Below, piece by piece: positions 61,638 to 64,000 of a stretch of DNA of 64,000 nt. The stretch lies in the NCBI GenBank assembly GCA_964458565.1, contig CAYWJO010000006.1, positions 32,001 to 96,000 of the forward strand, read 5' to 3'. Below the pieces are notes generated by a model. That model saw nothing but the letters and a program-made list of their open reading frames with translations, was not told the origin of the DNA and ran no database searches. The position numbers and the translations under genes are program-made. This DNA is from an uncultured archaeon. GTDB lineage: Archaea > Asgardarchaeota > Thorarchaeia > Thorarchaeales > Thorarchaeaceae. How positions within the stretch are numbered: position 1 is the stretch's first letter; every line of letters begins with the position of its first letter.

Positions 61638-61930
61638 GACCTACGATCGGTTCGTTCAAGCTCTAATACGACTGGATTAAATGCATCAGGGCATGCATGA
61701 GTTGCCTTGCATTGGTCTTCAACCCAAGGGAAGTATGAGTTATGCATCATAGCAAACACCTTTGGCATGATTGAATATAGAATAGATACACAGATTTTTC
61801 CCTTTACTTCATCGTGTGTGAAAAGAATCTCATCGCCCACTTTGTGTCCTAATGCACAGTGGCCATCCTGTTTTATCACTCTGCAGAGAACATTCCATGG
61901 GTCTTTTCTAATACATTTGTCATCGGTCAT
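61634..61930 (-). CDS. TIGR04076-like Cys-motif protein
   Basis: GHCALGHKVGD, GKIC, ACPD..NPVVLEL. Confidence 0.78.
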   Translation of the reverse strand: MTDDKCIRKDPWNVLCRVIKQDGHCALGHKVGDEILFTHDEVKGKICVSILYSIMPKVFAMMHNSYFPWVEDQCKATHACPDAFNPVVLELERTDRRS

Positions 61931-61960
61931 AATGGATGATTAAGAATCGCGACTCTTAAT

Positions 61961-63409
61961 TTATTCGTCTTCTTCATCAAATGTAACAGGACAAGAAGGA
62001 CCTTTTGTACCATCAGCGATATCAACCAATGTGATTTCACTCGGTTGAAATGCTTCACGATCTTCCGGTAGTTCTCCCGCAGCCTTTAGACTCTGTTTGA
62101 CAGACATGGGACCAATAAGTTCTAGAACCATTGTAGAGATAGCTACCACACCTAGAATTAAGAGACCCATTTCTGCTGCTGCCCCACCAAGTGTTACAAA
62201 CTGTTCCTCTATTATGAAGGAGAGGCCTAGCGCTACACCTGCTTGGCACATTAAACAGCATCCAAGATATTTTTGTATAGCGGGATCCTCATTCACAACC
62301 CGAGCACCGATAGATGCTCCTACATATTTTGCTGCGGTTCTTCCGCCTAGGTATAACATTGCAGTAAGTGCGATCATGACTAAAGTATCAGCAGTTGTTA
62401 GAAGTTGAGCCATTCTTGCCCCAACTAAAACAAAGAATATCATGACTACAGGAGACATAATTCTCTCTAGCATCTCAGGGACTGCTTCTTTGTCTGAATC
62501 AATTTTCCTTCTAACAACATATCCAAAGACCATGGCAGCAAATATGTCACTGATATGAATGTGTGAATTGAATTGTGAAGCAAGGAAATAATTGAGAAAT
62601 TCTATGAGCCCAATAAGGAAAATTACCAGACCGATCTCAAGTTCAAGGAGTTTTCCTCTGTCACTCTCACGATTAACAGGATAAAGAAATATCAATCCAA
62701 AGCCGATACCTAGAAGGACAGAGAGAGCTATACCTATGAGGGGCTCTAATACGACAGCAGTTATTGTGATTGATGATGAATCAAATAACCAGAGTGCATA
62801 CGCAATAGCAGAATTTGTCAGGATGACTGCAACAATGTCATCAGCTGCTAAGACAAACATCAGTGATGATGTAACTGGACCTTCACACTCAGACTCCCAG
62901 ACAACATCAGCCGTAGCGGCTGGGGCTGTTGCACTTGCTACCGCACCAAATAAGATCGCTGCTGGAAAAGCTTGTTCGAATCCCATCACATTCAGTATAT
63001 TGAGTGTGAGAAATGCAACCACCGCAAAAGCAGCGGTAGCCTCAAAAATTACGATGACAAGAAGCCGTTTTGTTCGACCTCCAGAGAGGTTGTCACTACT
63101 TAATTCATGACCAATATTGTATCCTATTAAGCCAAGAGCTAATGAAACAAAGAACTTTAGATTATGCACTCCATCCTCAGTCAGGACACCTATGAGACCG
63201 AGAATAATTCCTGCAACCATAAAACCAAGCGTTTGAGGAACTCCAAGGCGTTTTAATATGGTTGCACCAATAAAAGACAGAACCAGAGCCGCACCAATTG
63301 TCAGCAGCCCAAATGCAGGTTCCCCTATTTGAAGTCCTATTACAATACGAGTCAATTCAATTCCGAGTTCTTTGTAGACCATTTCATCACCAAAATTTTT
63401 CATGGTCAA
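61961..63409 (-). CDS. cation:proton antiporter (CPA/Na-H exchanger family)
   Basis: ATAPAAT, AADD, FFVLVGA, GRTAAKYVG, QAGVALGL; about 12 TM. Confidence 0.88.
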   Translation of the reverse strand: MTMKNFGDEMVYKELGIELTRIVIGLQIGEPAFGLLTIGAALVLSFIGATILKRLGVPQTLGFMVAGIILGLIGVLTEDGVHNLKFFVSLALGLIGYNIGHELSSDNLSGGRTKRLLVIVIFEATAAFAVVAFLTLNILNVMGFEQAFPAAILFGAVASATAPAATADVVWESECEGPVTSSLMFVLAADDIVAVILTNSAIAYALWLFDSSSITITAVVLEPLIGIALSVLLGIGFGLIFLYPVNRESDRGKLLELEIGLVIFLIGLIEFLNYFLASQFNSHIHISDIFAAMVFGYVVRRKIDSDKEAVPEMLERIMSPVVMIFFVLVGARMAQLLTTADTLVMIALTAMLYLGGRTAAKYVGASIGARVVNEDPAIQKYLGCCLMCQAGVALGLSFIIEEQFVTLGGAAAEMGLLILGVVAISTMVLELIGPMSVKQSLKAAGELPEDREAFQPSEITLVDIADGTKGPSCPVTFDEEDE

Positions 63410-63491
63410 ATATGAGTGCGACCGTGTTCTAGAGTGCTATATACCCTTCTATATATGAACTGTTTATTTCGTTTGAAAAACAACTAAGAAT

Positions 63492-64000
63492 TTATGGTTT
63501 ATTGCTGTAGAAGTTACATAGCCTTTGCAAATCACATTCTTCGCAAATTGGGTTCTGTGCACGACATATTCGTCTTCCATGAGTCACAAGATTGTGATTT
63601 AGGGAGAATACACAAGATTCTTCAATTATATCAGCTAACAAGATGTGCGCCTTTTCACGAGAGGCTTGTTCGGAAATCAAACCAAGACGTTTGGTCACCC
63701 GCCAGACATGTGTGTCGACTGGAAGGACAGGTTTCTCGAATGAGAACAATAGCACAATGGCAGCAGTCTTTGGCCCAACTCCATGAAGCGAAGTCAACCA
63801 TTTCTTAGCGTCTTCAAGAGGCATGTCTTTCAATAATGAAAGGTCAAGTCGCCCAACCCGTTTTACAATTTCCGAAAGAGTTGCTTTGATTCTCCTTGCT
63901 TTTATGTTATATAGACCAGACGAGCTTATTGAATCAGCGAGGTCTGCATCACTTGCCGCAAGTACTTCGTCCCATGTTGGAAACCGGTCTTTCAAATCTT
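63492..64000 (-). CDS. nth: endonuclease III (HhH-GPD, 4Fe-4S), 5'-truncated by window edge
   Basis: LHGVGPKTA, PVDTHVWRV, C-x6-C-x2-C-x5-C. Confidence 0.9.
   Translation of the reverse strand, partial: DLKDRFPTWDEVLAASDADLADSISSSGLYNIKARRIKATLSEIVKRVGRLDLSLLKDMPLEDAKKWLTSLHGVGPKTAAIVLLFSFEKPVLPVDTHVWRVTKRLGLISEQASREKAHILLADIIEESCVFSLNHNLVTHGRRICRAQNPICEECDLQRLCNFYSNKP

Noticed and set aside
1-64000. Numerous 60-170 aa ORFs nested antisense or out of frame in longer genes
   Set aside because: Shadow ORFs of well-supported CDSs; no transposase, integrase or phage hallmark recognised either

Overview
Gene-dense, AT-rich archaeal chromosomal window. It is most consistent with an Asgard archaeon (Thorarchaeota-like); this is an inference from roadblock/longin-type domains, giant Ig-repeat surface proteins with C-terminal TM anchors, TTG/GTG starts and the HTH families present. 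It carries housekeeping and repair genes (purB-purA, msrB, MutY-like, Nth, MGMT, AlkZ-like, ThiF/E1-like, MscL, AKR, CPA antiporter) and many membrane or surface proteins. No rRNA, tRNA, CRISPR array or transposase was recognised. The most notable observations are: (i) an unannotated 24-aa Pro-rich micro-ORF with its own terminator, divergent from a CARF-like/wHTH regulator; (ii) a Tes/MJ0619-family radical SAM gene coupled to an ArsM-like Cys-rich methyltransferase, converging on a DUF547 / pseudo-methyltransferase / roadblock-longin / methyltransferase operon; (iii) a single CxxCH heme motif on an 11-repeat Ig stalk; (iv) a 2,000-aa receptor-like protein with a cytoplasmic roadblock/longin domain; (v) several otherwise intact genes with in-frame stops, +1 frameshifts or non-canonical starts that the ORF track misses. 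All family assignments come from motif recognition by eye, not from database searches.
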